A DNA stretch of 64,000 bases from Amphiscolops sp. MND2022 (lineage: Eukaryota): positions 4,588,001 to 4,652,000 of the forward strand of contig OZ076421.1 in NCBI GenBank assembly GCA_964187785.1, in the 5' to 3' direction. Under the pieces are notes generated by a model. It had not been told where the DNA came from. It ran no database searches and saw only the letters and a list, made by a program, of their open reading frames with translations. Position 1 is the first letter of the stretch, and each line of letters begins with the position of its first letter. The position numbers and the translations under genes were made by a program. Below are positions 36,001-48,578 of the stretch, in pieces.

Positions 36001-39000
36001 TTGATAGTGGAGCATCCATTTGTGTTTTAAATTTACCCACCTTTACCATTTTAGCCGATCACTTTTTAAAATGCTCAAAACATTCCCCACATCAAAATGA
36101 ATATAAAACTTTAACCGTTGCGAATAAATCCGAAGTACCTATTCTTCATAATCGACCACTTACGCTTCATACTTCCCTTCAAGGAAATACTCGTACCCTT
36201 ATTATTCCTTTTGCTGTAGCCAATATTAAATACAATATTCTTGGAACTCCCTTTTTTGAAAAATATGTTAAAACTCTTAATATTGAATGTATGTCACTGA
36301 CATTCAATACTCCACATGATTCTCGCATTAACACCCTCCCTTTTACAGCTCATAAGGAAAAAGATTATCCATATTTTTCTTACATATACACCATCAATGT
36401 TAAAAATAAGCTCTATTTTAAACCCAACGCTTCTCAGATTATCCATTTCCCAATTCAACCAACACTTCCTTTAACTTTTAAAACTTCTGATAATGAACTC
36501 ATATTCCCTTCCACACCTCATCCATTTTTTAATACACGCTTCAACTCAACTTTTAATTTTCTCCAAGTCTACCAAAATGTTAATACCGAAACCTCTAGTT
36601 GTTCTGTTATTATTCAAAATATTACCCACCATTCTGCCATTCTTGCTCCTGGATATATTGGATACATTGAGGTTCCAGTCACTAATAATCTACCAACTCA
36701 ATATAAAGTTAATGATGTAAACTTCTTAATACACACTGTATTTCATTCTTATTATCCTGATCTTTCAGAACCAAAACCTCCCCGTCGTCGTTCTTCTCTT
36801 CGCAACCCTCAAATTGAAATAAACAATTTAAAACCATCTCAAATGTTACCCCGACCTCTTCCACAATTACCATATTCACCAGATACTCAACAATTCCTCA
36901 ATAAATTTAAATTTCAGTATTCCGATGTCACTGACGATGAATACTTACAACTCTGCTCCATTCTTGTTAAATATCGTACCTGTTTTGCAACACACAAAAA
37001 CGATGTTGGCCAAATAGCTACTCCTTTTAGAATTCGTCTTAAACCTAATGCCAAACTTCAAACCCAACTACCTACAAAAGTTCCTATTCACTACAGAGAA
37101 AAATTAAAAACACTTCTTGATGAATTAGAAAAAAACAATATTATCCGCCAAATTGGTTCCACTCATTCTGACAAATCCATATATCGCACTACATTTTTAA
37201 ACCCTCTCATTATTATCCCTAAAGGAGATACTATTAAAGTCGTTTTGGACGCACGACAGCTTAACTCGAATACCGATCAATCTTTCGAATCATGGCCTAT
37301 TGAACCTTTAGCTCCCCAACTTGCCCGTGCTAACAAAAATTCCAAATCTGCCATTGATCTCATGTATGCTTACGCTCATGCCCCATTAGATGAAGAAACT
37401 ATAACTTTAACTAGTTTCTCTTCTGGTGACAAACTTTACGCTTTTATTCGTGGACTTTATGGTCCTAAAGGCCTACCCAATTTTTTTACCAAACAAATGT
37501 ATTCATTTTTTCAAAAACTTATTGACCAAGGTTTTGCATTAGTTTATATAGATGACATTCTCCTTCTTGCACATACAAAACCTCACATGTTAAATTTAAT
37601 TGAACAACTTCACCAAATCTGTCAAACAAATAACCTTAAAATTGCTCCTGAAAAATCTTTCTATATCCTCCTCACTGTCAAATTTCTTGGACATGAAATT
37701 GGTAATAATACAATCAAACCCATCTCTTTTAAAGTTGATGCCATCCACCAATTGAAGACACCCACTTCTAAAACTGAATTAATGCGCTTTATAGGATCAA
37801 TGAACTTTTATTCCAAATTCATCAACAAACTACACATTTTCTTGAAACCATTTTACACTCTTCTCCATGATGATATTTTGTTTGAATGGACTCCTGATCT
37901 CGATAAACGTTTCAATCAAGTCAAACTTTCTCTTATTAAAGATGCAGAACTTGCCAATCCAAATACTACCATTTTACATAATCTTACATTACATTACATT
38001 ACATTACATTACATTTTACATAAATTTTACATTTACTATCCATCCATTTTACATAACTGTCGATGCCTCTTTAAATGGCCTAGGTGCAGTTTTATTTCAA
38101 CCTAACTCCAAAAACAAAATGCAAATAATTTCTTACAATTCTCGTATTTTAACAACTCAAGAACAAAAACTTTTCACCTATGATAGAGAAATTTGTGCTA
38201 TTACTTTTGCCCTTTCTCAATACGAATTCTTTATAATTGGTTCCAAATTCCCGATAACTATTTTTACGGATCACAATCCTATTCTTTTTCTTTTCACTCG
38301 TAAAAGTAACCTAACTCCCCGACAATATAAAGCTCAAATGCTATTACCAAAATTTTCAAACCAACAAATAATTCACACAGCTGGTACGAACCTTACTGTT
38401 GCTGATATGCTCAGTAGAGATTTTTCAACTATTAATAATAAAACATGCCAACTCCAACACAAAACTCATTCTCCACATATTGATTTTCTTCAACTCAAAA
38501 ACGATAATATTTTAAAACCCATTCGCTATCTAATAAAACATAAAGACGTACTCCCTACATAAAAAAATGATTCACATTTAATTTTAGCTGATTATGGTGA
38601 GGATCAATTCACACTCCGTATCCAAGATAAAGGCAATGTTGTTAAATATACTCCTCTTGATTCCTTCTCCTTCCAATCAGTTTCCTCATTCCCAAATAAA
38701 TACAAAAAACCTGTCAAAAACAAAGTTAAAACTTTACTCTAAGAAAATCCTCTTTTAAATGAAACTGATTTATACGATACAGACGACCCCGTTCTTAAAC
38801 GAATCCCCCAAGAGTATTCGCAACCACCTCATTAATTTCACACTCTTTTTACTGAAATCCAACACCATTACTTTAACGATATCAACTTGTCTCAAGATAA
38901 CAGTCCTAACCAACCTTACCAATTCCCCTTCTATTAGTAATAATACTATTGACAGTAATGCTGTAACCCCAACTTCTCCAAAGCCTATACAAACCCAATC

Positions 39001-41047
39001 TTTACCATTCTTTGACCCTTCCTTCTTTGCTCACTGTAAAGCATTTGATAACTTCTTTCTCTCTTCTGATACCTTTTTAACAGTACCCATTCTACTTCAA
39101 GCTCAAAAGGATGATCCTGTCCTTTCTACAGTATATAAATGGTTAAAACAAAAACAAAGACCTTATTCCTTGACCCCAATTATTAAAGCAAACTCCTTTT
39201 TATATACATATTATAAACAATTTCAACATTTTTTTATAGATCCAAACTCTCATCTTATTCAATATTATACACCTAACACTCGGATCTTTGAAAAAAATTT
39301 CAATAAAACTCAACCTTCTATTAACCAAACACGTATATGTTTACCATTTAAACTCTTTCATGCTGCATTTAGTAAGACACATTCTCATGGTCATTCAGGT
39401 GAAAAACTCTCTATTAAGACATTTAATCAATTTTATTTTATCCCTCATTTACCTTTATGGTTCTCTATTTTCATCCATGACTGCATTGAATGTCAAACTA
39501 ATAAACATTTTCCTAATAAACCCCAAAATATTTCTCCCCCTCTTCCCTTTTACGAAAGTGCTACTCATTTCAATTACCGGATCTCTATGGACATTAAAGG
39601 CCCTATTTCTCTATCATCACAAAACAATTCATATATTTTTGTAATCATTGACGCCTTTAGTCACTTTGTTGTTACTGCTCCTAATATCACTTCAAAATAT
39701 GCAATTCAAACCCTCCTCTATCACTGGATCACCAAGTTTGGTCCCCCTCAATACCTAGTTACAGACAGAGGTACTGAATATATCAATCAAGATATGGCTC
39801 ATCTATGTTCTCTTTTCCACATTATTCACTCACCTCGAACTCCTTACTCCCCATGGACAAACGGTTTAGTGGAAGTTTAAAACCGAAATCTTGGAACTCA
39901 TCTCCGAATATTTTTACAAAATCCACCTACTAACTGGTCATTTCAAACTCAAATGTACGCATATGCCCATAATACAACACCTCTTTCTCAACTCAAACTT
40001 TCCCCTTATCAAATCGTTTTCCATACCCATCCTCGTATACCTCTTACCTTTTCTCTTAATCTACCTCGTGATACTTCAAAAAATTGTATAGCAATATATT
40101 GTGAGTCTCTTCCCCCTCATTCACATTATAGCACTCAAGACCTTAATCCCTTCTTCCATTCACTTCTTGATAAACCTATCTCCCCATGGCTTTTGGCAGC
40201 TGAAACTGCAATGTTAGAAATATACTCAACTGTCCACCGCCATTTAAATCATAAACTAAATTCTCAAAGTTCTACATTTGAAACAACTCATTTAAAACAA
40301 TTACCTCTTAATACTTTTGTGATTCATACGAATTTTAAACCTGTTAATTTTTCAAAAAAGCTCAAACCTCTCCGAATTGGCCGATTTAAAATACTTAACC
40401 ATCTATCTGAAGTAACGTATGAACTCTTTTCGCAAGATGGCTTTACATTCCAAACCCATCGAAATCATATTCTACCATATTATCCTAGAGAACCCATAAT
40501 ATTTCCATATATTAAACACTATCATTCTACCCCTTCCCTTATTAATAACCCTGATACTGAACCTTACCAAGATACATTTTCTCAATTTTCCTCATTAGAT
40601 TTACCGCACAATCCAAATCATTCTCAAACCCCTACATCCTCAAAAATTAGACAATCCAATACTTCTCCTACTCCTGTTCCTAGATATCAAAATTTTCCAC
40701 ATTATTCTTCCTTACAAGACAAATTAGATAATATTCCAACAACTACTCCTGTTCACCGCAACCCTTCACATTCTTCTTCTCAAGATAACCTCGATAACAC
40801 TATTGATTCTCACGACTCTGACTTTGAAATGCTTCCGAACCCCATTTATTATTCAACCTCTTCAAATGATTTCTTTCCTCAGTTCTTCCCTCGTATTGCT
40901 GACTCTCCTGATATTTCCTCCTCCCCTTCACTTACCCTTCAAAATGACTCCACTTATAAACGAGCTCCTCATTCCCCTTATAATTTACGTTCACTCCTCC
41001 CCAGACATTATAATTCATCCAAACCAAACATCGATTTCCCCCCTTGA
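33052..41047 (+). pseudogene. gag-pol: Gag-Pol polyprotein, disrupted
   Basis: ORF 35043-38105 runs gag CCHC, RS region, LLDSGAS, RT (YIDD) in one frame and is in frame with 33903-34754; RH VDASLNGLGAVL/YDREIC/TDHNP; IN HSHGH..CIECQ, SMDIKGP, TDRGTEY; ends SPYNLRS. Confidence 0.95.
37971..38040 (+). repeat. (TTACA)n expansion inserted in pol
   Basis: Six perfect TTACA at 37984-38013 plus degenerate flanks; absent from copy A at the homologous RT/RH junction; shifts the frame. Confidence 0.9.
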
Positions 41048-41379
41048 TTAAATATTCATTTTTTAAATTGGTTTTCCTCCCTGTGCATATTGTCCTTAGT
41101 CTAGACTCTTATTAAAGTCTGACACACGACAATCTAATTAGTACCCGTATCTTATACACACTTCTTCACTTTACCTTAGTGAACGCTAACTGAACGGTTG
41201 CTATCGTCAAAACTTCATTTCATCGAAACAACAATCGTATTCTTTTCAAATCACTATTCACTACTTTCCATCTACAAATTTTACTCCTTTCTAATATCAA
41301 TCTTTATTTATCTTTTCATACTTTAAAGAAAAATGTAATACATCTCCCTTTTGTTTCCATCCTGGATCTTACTGTATTT

Positions 41380-42705
41380 TTGTCCGATTCCTCTTCTCAA
41401 CCCTCTTCTTCTGTTTCAACTGATACTATACCTTCATCACAAAGTTTTTTACCAGTCCCTCACCAACCTCCCTTAAACCCTTTACCAATCACCCCCTCTT
41501 TAGATACCACCCCTGTTAATACCCCAACTCACACCCCTCTTAAAACTTCTATTCCTCAACAAACTCAAACTTCTTTAACTCTCCCACTTTCCGATACTGA
41601 ATCCCCTTTTAATATAACCCCTACCCATTCCCCACCTCCTTCTTCTTTTCATATCCCTGATCCCAGTGATATAAACCCTACTCTCCTTAGAAATATTAAT
41701 ATTCCAACCCTCCCTACACCAAAACTTATACCTACCTCCATAAAAACTTTTCGCAGACGCTCTCAATTAGATAATTCTTTTTCAATACCTCCACCTTGTT
41801 CTCATATCTCCTCTCAACCTTCACTTCCCCCACCTAAACCTCTCAAAATCCCTGCCCTTGAATCTATTGATTCTCTCCAAAAGAAGTCTGACTTAAGTGA
41901 AGTCGATTCAACAACTTGCTCTCTTCTCTTTTATCCTCGTCTTCCTCCTTCAAATTCCGCCTCTAAATATACAACTTCTTCTTTAGACAACCTTCTTGAC
42001 ACTACTTCTGAATCTACTCTTAACCCTCCACTTCGTCATCGATATAATCTACGCAATAATCGTCGCCCTTCTCCTTCTCTCGCCAGTACTAATTCTTCTC
42101 TTCTACGCCATCACGCTCAATCTCTTTCTTCAGACTCTCTCTCTAACGCAGAAAATTCTCCCACTTCGGGAATTGACACTACCTTTTCTCAACGTTCTTC
42201 TATTTCTTCTTATAATCACTCTGGACACCTTTTCTCTCGTCCTACCTCTCATAATTCCACTATCCTTTCTGATAGTCACTTACTTAACATTGATCTCACT
42301 ACTGATCAATACTCTACTCCTCCAACACCTAATCGTGTTGATTACCCTTTAACCGTAAATAACACTTTTGTCAGTAGCCCCCGCCAAGATCCTCGCTTTC
42401 TTTACCTTGCCACCCATAAAGTTAATTCAAATCCCCACATTTCAAATGTACGTCGCCGTAAAGAATTTCTTCGCCTAGAAGACGCAAATTTAGAGCTTAA
42501 ATTTAAAATTACCGTAAAATTTCATAACTTAAGTCCTCATCCCATTCCTTCACATACAACAGTTAATTTTAAATCTCTTCCTCATCCTTTTATTGCTACA
42601 AATCTTAGTCTCTTTGTAAGCGACCATCCTCCGTTTCGTCTTTTACACGGCTCCATTACATTTCTTAATACCCTTACCTTTCTGAAATATACTGCACAAT
42701 TTTAA
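41380..42705 (+). CDS. Accessory ORF X, 441 aa, no in-frame Met
   Basis: Homolog of 28451-29773; stop TAA is followed by one base and the env ATG. Confidence 0.75.
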   Translation: MSDSSSQPSSSVSTDTIPSSQSFLPVPHQPPLNPLPITPSLDTTPVNTPTHTPLKTSIPQQTQTSLTLPLSDTESPFNITPTHSPPPSSFHIPDPSDINPTLLRNINIPTLPTPKLIPTSIKTFRRRSQLDNSFSIPPPCSHISSQPSLPPPKPLKIPALESIDSLQKKSDLSEVDSTTCSLLFYPRLPPSNSASKYTTSSLDNLLDTTSESTLNPPLRHRYNLRNNRRPSPSLASTNSSLLRHHAQSLSSDSLSNAENSPTSGIDTTFSQRSSISSYNHSGHLFSRPTSHNSTILSDSHLLNIDLTTDQYSTPPTPNRVDYPLTVNNTFVSSPRQDPRFLYLATHKVNSNPHISNVRRRKEFLRLEDANLELKFKITVKFHNLSPHPIPSHTTVNFKSLPHPFIATNLSLFVSDHPPFRLLHGSITFLNTLTFLKYTAQF

Positions 42706-42706
42706 A

Positions 42707-45478
42707 ATGCATTTCCTCTTTTTTCACTCGCTTTTCTATTTTCTTTCTTCCCCGTTCTTAGTCCTTTCGCAACTTACTCCCTCCTCTGATCATGTAGATC
42801 CCAATGATCCTCATGTTTCAGACCTCTTAGTCTCTCACTATGATTGTTCTAAACAATATAATTTAAGACAGTTCAGTCTTACTCGAGTCCAACCATGCGC
42901 TCAAGCTCCATCTGCTTTTGAAAGTACCCGCGCTATTGTCAATGTTTTCGTCTGCGCTGAAGCTAAACGTCTTAAAGCTTGGACCTGTGAAGCTTACGTA
43001 TAGAGTGAAAAATTTGTCTGTGCTCAATCGGATTACAAATATCGTCGTCATGATCGTACTGATTACAATCAAAACACTATGGAACGTCCCCGTACTCTTG
43101 ACCCTACAGAATGCAAACATGCTATCCGCCATTTGAACGGAACTAATAACCCTCAACTCGACACTTTTAATTACTCTAATTCTTTTACATTCTTCGATGA
43201 TATTCAAAAACAACGCCTTTTTGAAACAAAACAACCCCCTTTTCGTATTACTAAACTGAATACCTTTCATTATGGTGCTTTCGCTTGGATCACCAATTCA
43301 CAATTAGTATTAAACTCAAATCTAAAAGAAAAAGCTGTATGTTGGGATCGTTATGAATACATCATCGAAAAAGATAGCTGGTCTCTTATCGTAAAAGAAA
43401 TTGAAAGTACTTATGATGATAAAGACAATAAACTCATTTACCATGGACATACTTTACCTTGTCTCCACGATGATGGTTTTTGTAAACCAACTATATTAAC
43501 ACCATTCACAATCGTTTGGTTCACTGAAGAACTTTGTTTAATCTTTTCCATTACTTCCTTTATTGGTAGAATGTCTAAGCTCAATAACCGTTATTGGCTT
43601 GAAACTGAACATTTCTTTAATAACCATTCCTCTACTATTCCAACAGATACTCCTTATCATGATAGCAAATCTCAAACCCGCCTCTCTCGCTTTGAAATTT
43701 TTCCTGAAAATAAAATGTTTTGTAACAAACCCACTCCTTTACACCTTACTCAATACCCTGATCTTTTCATAATATATAAAGAAGGTTTTAATATGCATAC
43801 TGGTAAACATAACCCTCTTCAACTTCCACAAAACGAACAGTACAATCAACTTACTACCCAGTTAATCTCTGGAAAATTAATTCATACTCAAAACAAATTT
43901 CTTTTCCCTGCTCTAAACTCTTCAAATAATTTCGCCACTATTGATTATGAAGCTCATATTAACACTAAAATTGACTATTCTATAAACCATGTCTTTAAAA
44001 GCATGTCTGTTGCTGAAATTAATACTCTTCATACTATATGTGAAGTAGAACGAACCCAACTTTTAACAATTCTCGCCATGTCTGTTAAAATTCCACAACT
44101 CGCTGGTTTCCTCTTAACCCAAAACTGTAGTAACTTCTTATATGTTGAAGGCTCTACCGCCTGGTTATATGATTGTCCTCATCACCTTTCACCTTTATAC
44201 ATTGCTGATCAATGCTATGACAAAATTCCTGTCAATTATCTTGACACTGTTATGTATGTTGACCCTATTACACGTGAAACTTTCGAATATGCCAATCAAC
44301 TTCCTTGTGAAAATAATCCTCAAAATGTTATTTCTCTTGACCCAGACACCGACCAATATTATGTTTTAATGCCTCAACCTATTAAAAAAGACCCCCCTCT
44401 TCTTTTTGAACCAACCCAAATCCAAACTGCTATTAGTCCTAATACCTTCACTGCTCAAGATGCTGGTATTTATTCTCAAAAAGAACTAAAACACTTCTGG
44501 AATAGAGTTTTATTTACTAAATATTCCGACAATACTCTTCAACTCCTTGGAAAAGCTATTAGCTATGAATTTATGAATCAACAATCTACTAGTTCTTTTC
44601 CAGATAATCCTTATCAATCACTACGAATTGGTCTTCACGACTACATGTTAAACTTAACCCCATTTTTCTCTCCTGATTGGTTTACCGATGCTTTCATAAA
44701 ACTCTTTGGTTATCCATGCTATATTTTAAGCCAATGTGGAATCTATTTCTCTACCGCTCTTTTTTTACAATTCGCTTTTAACACACTCTTCAGTATTTAT
44801 CGTTCTTTTACCGTTCGGAATTTGCTTTAAAAACAAATTTCTGTTGTAACTGCTTTGGGATTTGGTTTTTTCGGAACTATTACCCAAATCATGATGACTG
44901 CTATGCTTAAATCATCCAATTCCCACTCCAAATCTGACGATTCAGATTCACCCCATTCCCCATTAGCAAAAACCCACATTCCTTCTTCTAGTCCTAAACC
45001 TCGTCCGCCTACCTATCATACTAATATGAAAACAAAAATCCTTAATTTCAAAAAGAAAACCCCAATGCCACGATCTTCTCCTAATTCTTCCCCAACTAAA
45101 CCCCTTTCTTCTTCTGTTCTTCCTTCTGCTCCTACTGATCAAACACAATCCTTTAACACCGAAGATTCTTCGCCCCCTCCCCCAAATTATAATTCTCACC
45201 TTCTCTCTCATAATAATCTTTCTCATCGACCAGCTCAAATATCTTCATTATCTTCTCGTCTATATTTACATAATTCTCCTCCTCCTGATGACACTAATTG
45301 TGATAATTCTTCTACCGATTCCCCCATACATAACCTCTGGCAATCTACTAAAATTTATCCCCCTACTCCACCGCCAATTAAAACTAACGACATCACTTTA
45401 ACTTCTGTCAATAATCTTTTTGACCCACCTGACAGTCCTGTCAAAGTTTATTCTTCTTGCCGTTTTCCTCCTGAATAA
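42707..45478 (+). pseudogene. env: Envelope glycoprotein, chuvirus-G/gB-like class III candidate (923 codons, two in-frame stops)
   Basis: ORFs 42707, 43079 and 44855 share one frame (stops at 43001 and 44828). Signal peptide; YDC..SL..V.PC; CEVER.QL; CYDKIPV...YVDPITR...LPC; TM near 44700-44800, second hydrophobic segment, S/P-rich tail. Confidence 0.78.
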
Positions 45479-45809
45479 TTTACCAACTTTTGATTACGTC
45501 AATTTCTCCTCTGCATATTAATACCCTAACTTAATTCCCAGCGAATTACTATTGAATGTTAATATTCTACCTCCTTTCCATAATAATTATTGTTAACTTA
45601 ACTTATTTCCCATTTCATTTGTCATCATTTCCACTTCTCCTTTGGTCACTTCTCCTTCATTCCTCAACAATCATTTGATTTAAACGGAACTCTTGCATAA
45701 GAGTCATAATCACGCACACTTATATCATCTTCATTTGCTATATCTCACACTTGTATCATCTTTATTTTCGTGTATTCAACTTTTTTCACCCTTCCTTTTG
45801 AATTCAAAA

Positions 45810-47294
45810 ATGGCATCTATAAATCCAGAAGAAGAACTTCTGTCAAGCATCGCTTCTTTGTCGCCCCCTCTTTCTCTTAAATCTGGTACTCTTGATATTC
45901 CCCTTGTCAATGATTCACTTCCTCTTGACACTAACAATACTCCAGAACCTACTCTAAATACAAATCCTAGTACTTCTCAGTCTCTTACTAAACCATCCTC
46001 TACAAATCTCAAAACTCGTCACTCTCCTACTCCGCCTCCAAATAATCTTCATATTACTATTGATAATCATCCAATTCCGCTTAAAAAGAAATATAATATT
46101 CTTGAAGATCCTGTCTTCATTGATTCCGGTATCTTACCTCCTACTCTTCACCCATTAAAAACTCCTTCTCAATCCAATACCATGACAGACGAATTCCTCC
46201 GTACCCACCCAATTTTTAAAGCTAACCTCTTTTCTTTATATATGACCCCTACTACCTATATATTTTGTTTTCCTCAAGATCGTAATTTTGACCACTATGT
46301 TGCGTATGCTTCAAAAAATTTACCACAACTCGCCTTTTGGCAGAATAATCGTATTCGTTTCTTCCAATTTCAATTTAATCTTCTTGAACCAACCCACCAT
46401 GATCTCAATACTAATCCCAACGACCTAACCACAACTCCTTCTGTTAAAAAACTTCACCATCAAACTTACCAACTCTTTCTTGAACAAAAACACCCCCAAA
46501 ATTTCATTTTCCAAAATCACAAATTTACTTCTCCGTTTTCATATCATTCTCACTATTCATTAAACCATCTCTTCACAATCGGAACAATTCGTAACTATGA
46601 TCCTGTCAAACAATACTTCATCTTTTCGTCATACCATGACCCTACTCGTCCGTTGTTTGTTCCTCAAGAAGCTCTTAATGTTAATGATGATTTTCTTCTT
46701 CCTACCCATATCCCTAATGCTGTTCCCAATTTCTTCCCAAAAATGAACAAATTAGTAGAAACACCTCTCGATGATCATTCCCGCTCTCTATATACAGCTC
46801 TAATTCACAAACATTATTCCCTCGCCCAACTCAATTTCATTATTGCCAAACTTTCTTCATTCATTTTGAAAAAACAATATAAATACTTCTCTTTGAATGT
46901 CTCGGATGAAATTCTTCAGTCTCTTCCTAAACATTCCCCTCCTAATAATGTATCTGAATCTTCTCAGGCTCCATCTTTAGCAATCCCTTCTAACCCTAAA
47001 TCTTATGTTCTTCAAACTGCAAATCCTAATGTTTGTATCAACTCCTTCTCCTGTCCTACTGACAAATTCGTGTCAGAAATTCTTACTCTACTCCGTCCTC
47101 ATGTTGAAATTGCTCCTAATACCGATCCTTTTGTTATTTTAAACCATATTTTTGATACATTCCGTAATCTCCAATCATTACTTCAACTTCAATCAACAGA
47201 TATTCAAAATTTAACACTATCTACAATTCATGTTAACGACTTTCTTAAAAAACTTGTTTTACTTGAAACTCCTCCTCAACTCACCTCATTTTAA
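45810..47294 (+). CDS. Orphan accessory ORF Y, 494 aa
   Basis: Intact from ATG 45810 (MASINPEEELL...), lies inside the LTR pair on the sense strand; no motif recognised. Confidence 0.68.
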   Translation: MASINPEEELLSSIASLSPPLSLKSGTLDIPLVNDSLPLDTNNTPEPTLNTNPSTSQSLTKPSSTNLKTRHSPTPPPNNLHITIDNHPIPLKKKYNILEDPVFIDSGILPPTLHPLKTPSQSNTMTDEFLRTHPIFKANLFSLYMTPTTYIFCFPQDRNFDHYVAYASKNLPQLAFWQNNRIRFFQFQFNLLEPTHHDLNTNPNDLTTTPSVKKLHHQTYQLFLEQKHPQNFIFQNHKFTSPFSYHSHYSLNHLFTIGTIRNYDPVKQYFIFSSYHDPTRPLFVPQEALNVNDDFLLPTHIPNAVPNFFPKMNKLVETPLDDHSRSLYTALIHKHYSLAQLNFIIAKLSSFILKKQYKYFSLNVSDEILQSLPKHSPPNNVSESSQAPSLAIPSNPKSYVLQTANPNVCINSFSCPTDKFVSEILTLLRPHVEIAPNTDPFVILNHIFDTFRNLQSLLQLQSTDIQNLTLSTIHVNDFLKKLVLLETPPQLTSF

Positions 47295-47978
47295 ATCTTT
47301 TTCTTATATGGGTAAATTTTCTTTACATCAAATTCCTACTCTATAAATTTCTCTTTTTTAATCCATGCTACAATAATACTAATTTTTCATGTTACTTTCT
47401 CCAAATATAATTACCTCTACTTTCAAAACTTTTTCTCAAAATCTTTTCCTCTCTCATGTGTCTTTCTTTTTTCACATCTATTATTCGTCATATCTGATAT
47501 CCTTTTAATCTCTTTAGAAAACAACTTTCCATTTCCTATTTCTTATCTTCATTGACTTCTCACACAATTTTTCTTCTCTTTCACTTACTTCTTCTATAAT
47601 TATATTCTTCGCTCCTAATTAACATATATCATTTCTTTTTCTTTTTCTTCTGACACTTTTCCTATTAGTTTCTTTTGTTCTTAGATTTATTCCCTTGACA
47701 TTTTTACTTGTTCCCCTTTTATGAGTTTTGACAACTTACTCTTAATTTTCATAACTATATTATTTCAACAAGCATTTTCCATCTTTAATTCCTCTTTTTA
47801 CTTGCTCATTTAACATCTCTATAGTTCACTACTTCGACGGATATCATTTTTCCAAATTTTCACCACATAATTTTTCTGCTCTGCCATCAATAAATTTGAT
47901 CACAACATTCTTCATCTATATTCAATTGATCCAACTTCTTTAAATAAAAAATAACTGAATAATCATTTTGTTTCAGTA

Positions 47979-48578
47979 ATGTCATCTTATCCTCCTTCGA
48001 CTCTGGCATATCCTCTTCTTAATCAACTCCTCGACTCCTTTCTGCCATTCCCCGCTTCTTCTACTTCTTCGACATTCACTCTTCCATCCATTGATGCTTC
48101 TTCAACTTCGTCTTCAATTTCGTCACAAACTACTACTGTGACATCACTGGTTTCTTCAACCTCTACTGTTCACCTGCCACCCATTTCTTCTCTTTTGACA
48201 ACAACTGCTTCAACTACTCTCCCAGTGATTTCTTCTTCTCTCCAATCTTCAATAGAGATGACAGACCTCACTTCTTCTCTTCACCCCAAAGATGCAGTCG
48301 CCACTTCTCCCAATCTTCAACAATATTCTGCCGTTCGTCAACTGACCAATGATCTTCAACGCAAGAAACCACGGCACCCCAGACGTCCACAGCCACCTCT
48401 TGATGGAATTGGTCCACCTGTCCGTCGACTGGTCCACACAGCTGTCTATAAACAGAAAATTGCACAATATATTGATGCATTAAAACTTTATGAAACACAT
48501 CTTGATGAACTTATTCAACAAACTACTCTTGAATTAGATAAGATTAATAATACACCCCCCCCCTTCAAAATTGCGTAA
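47979..48578 (+). CDS. Orphan accessory ORF Z, 199 aa
   Basis: ATG start; S/T-rich N-half, basic RKKPRHPRRP cluster, helical coiled-coil-like C-terminus. Confidence 0.55.
   Translation: MSSYPPSTLAYPLLNQLLDSFLPFPASSTSSTFTLPSIDASSTSSSISSQTTTVTSLVSSTSTVHLPPISSLLTTTASTTLPVISSSLQSSIEMTDLTSSLHPKDAVATSPNLQQYSAVRQLTNDLQRKKPRHPRRPQPPLDGIGPPVRRLVHTAVYKQKIAQYIDALKLYETHLDELIQQTTLELDKINNTPPPFKIA

Noticed and set aside
41380-47294. Intactness of ORFs X and Y as evidence of host domestication
   Set aside because: With roughly one lesion per kb in gag-pol, 1.3-1.5-kb ORFs can escape damage by chance; the env ORF 43079-44830 is similarly long and unbroken.
23304-48498. Many short alternate-frame and antisense ORFs over copies A and B (Leu/Ile-rich on +, Arg/Lys/Glu-rich on -)
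   Set aside because: Expected shadows of the G-poor coding strand; boundaries are not conserved between copies.
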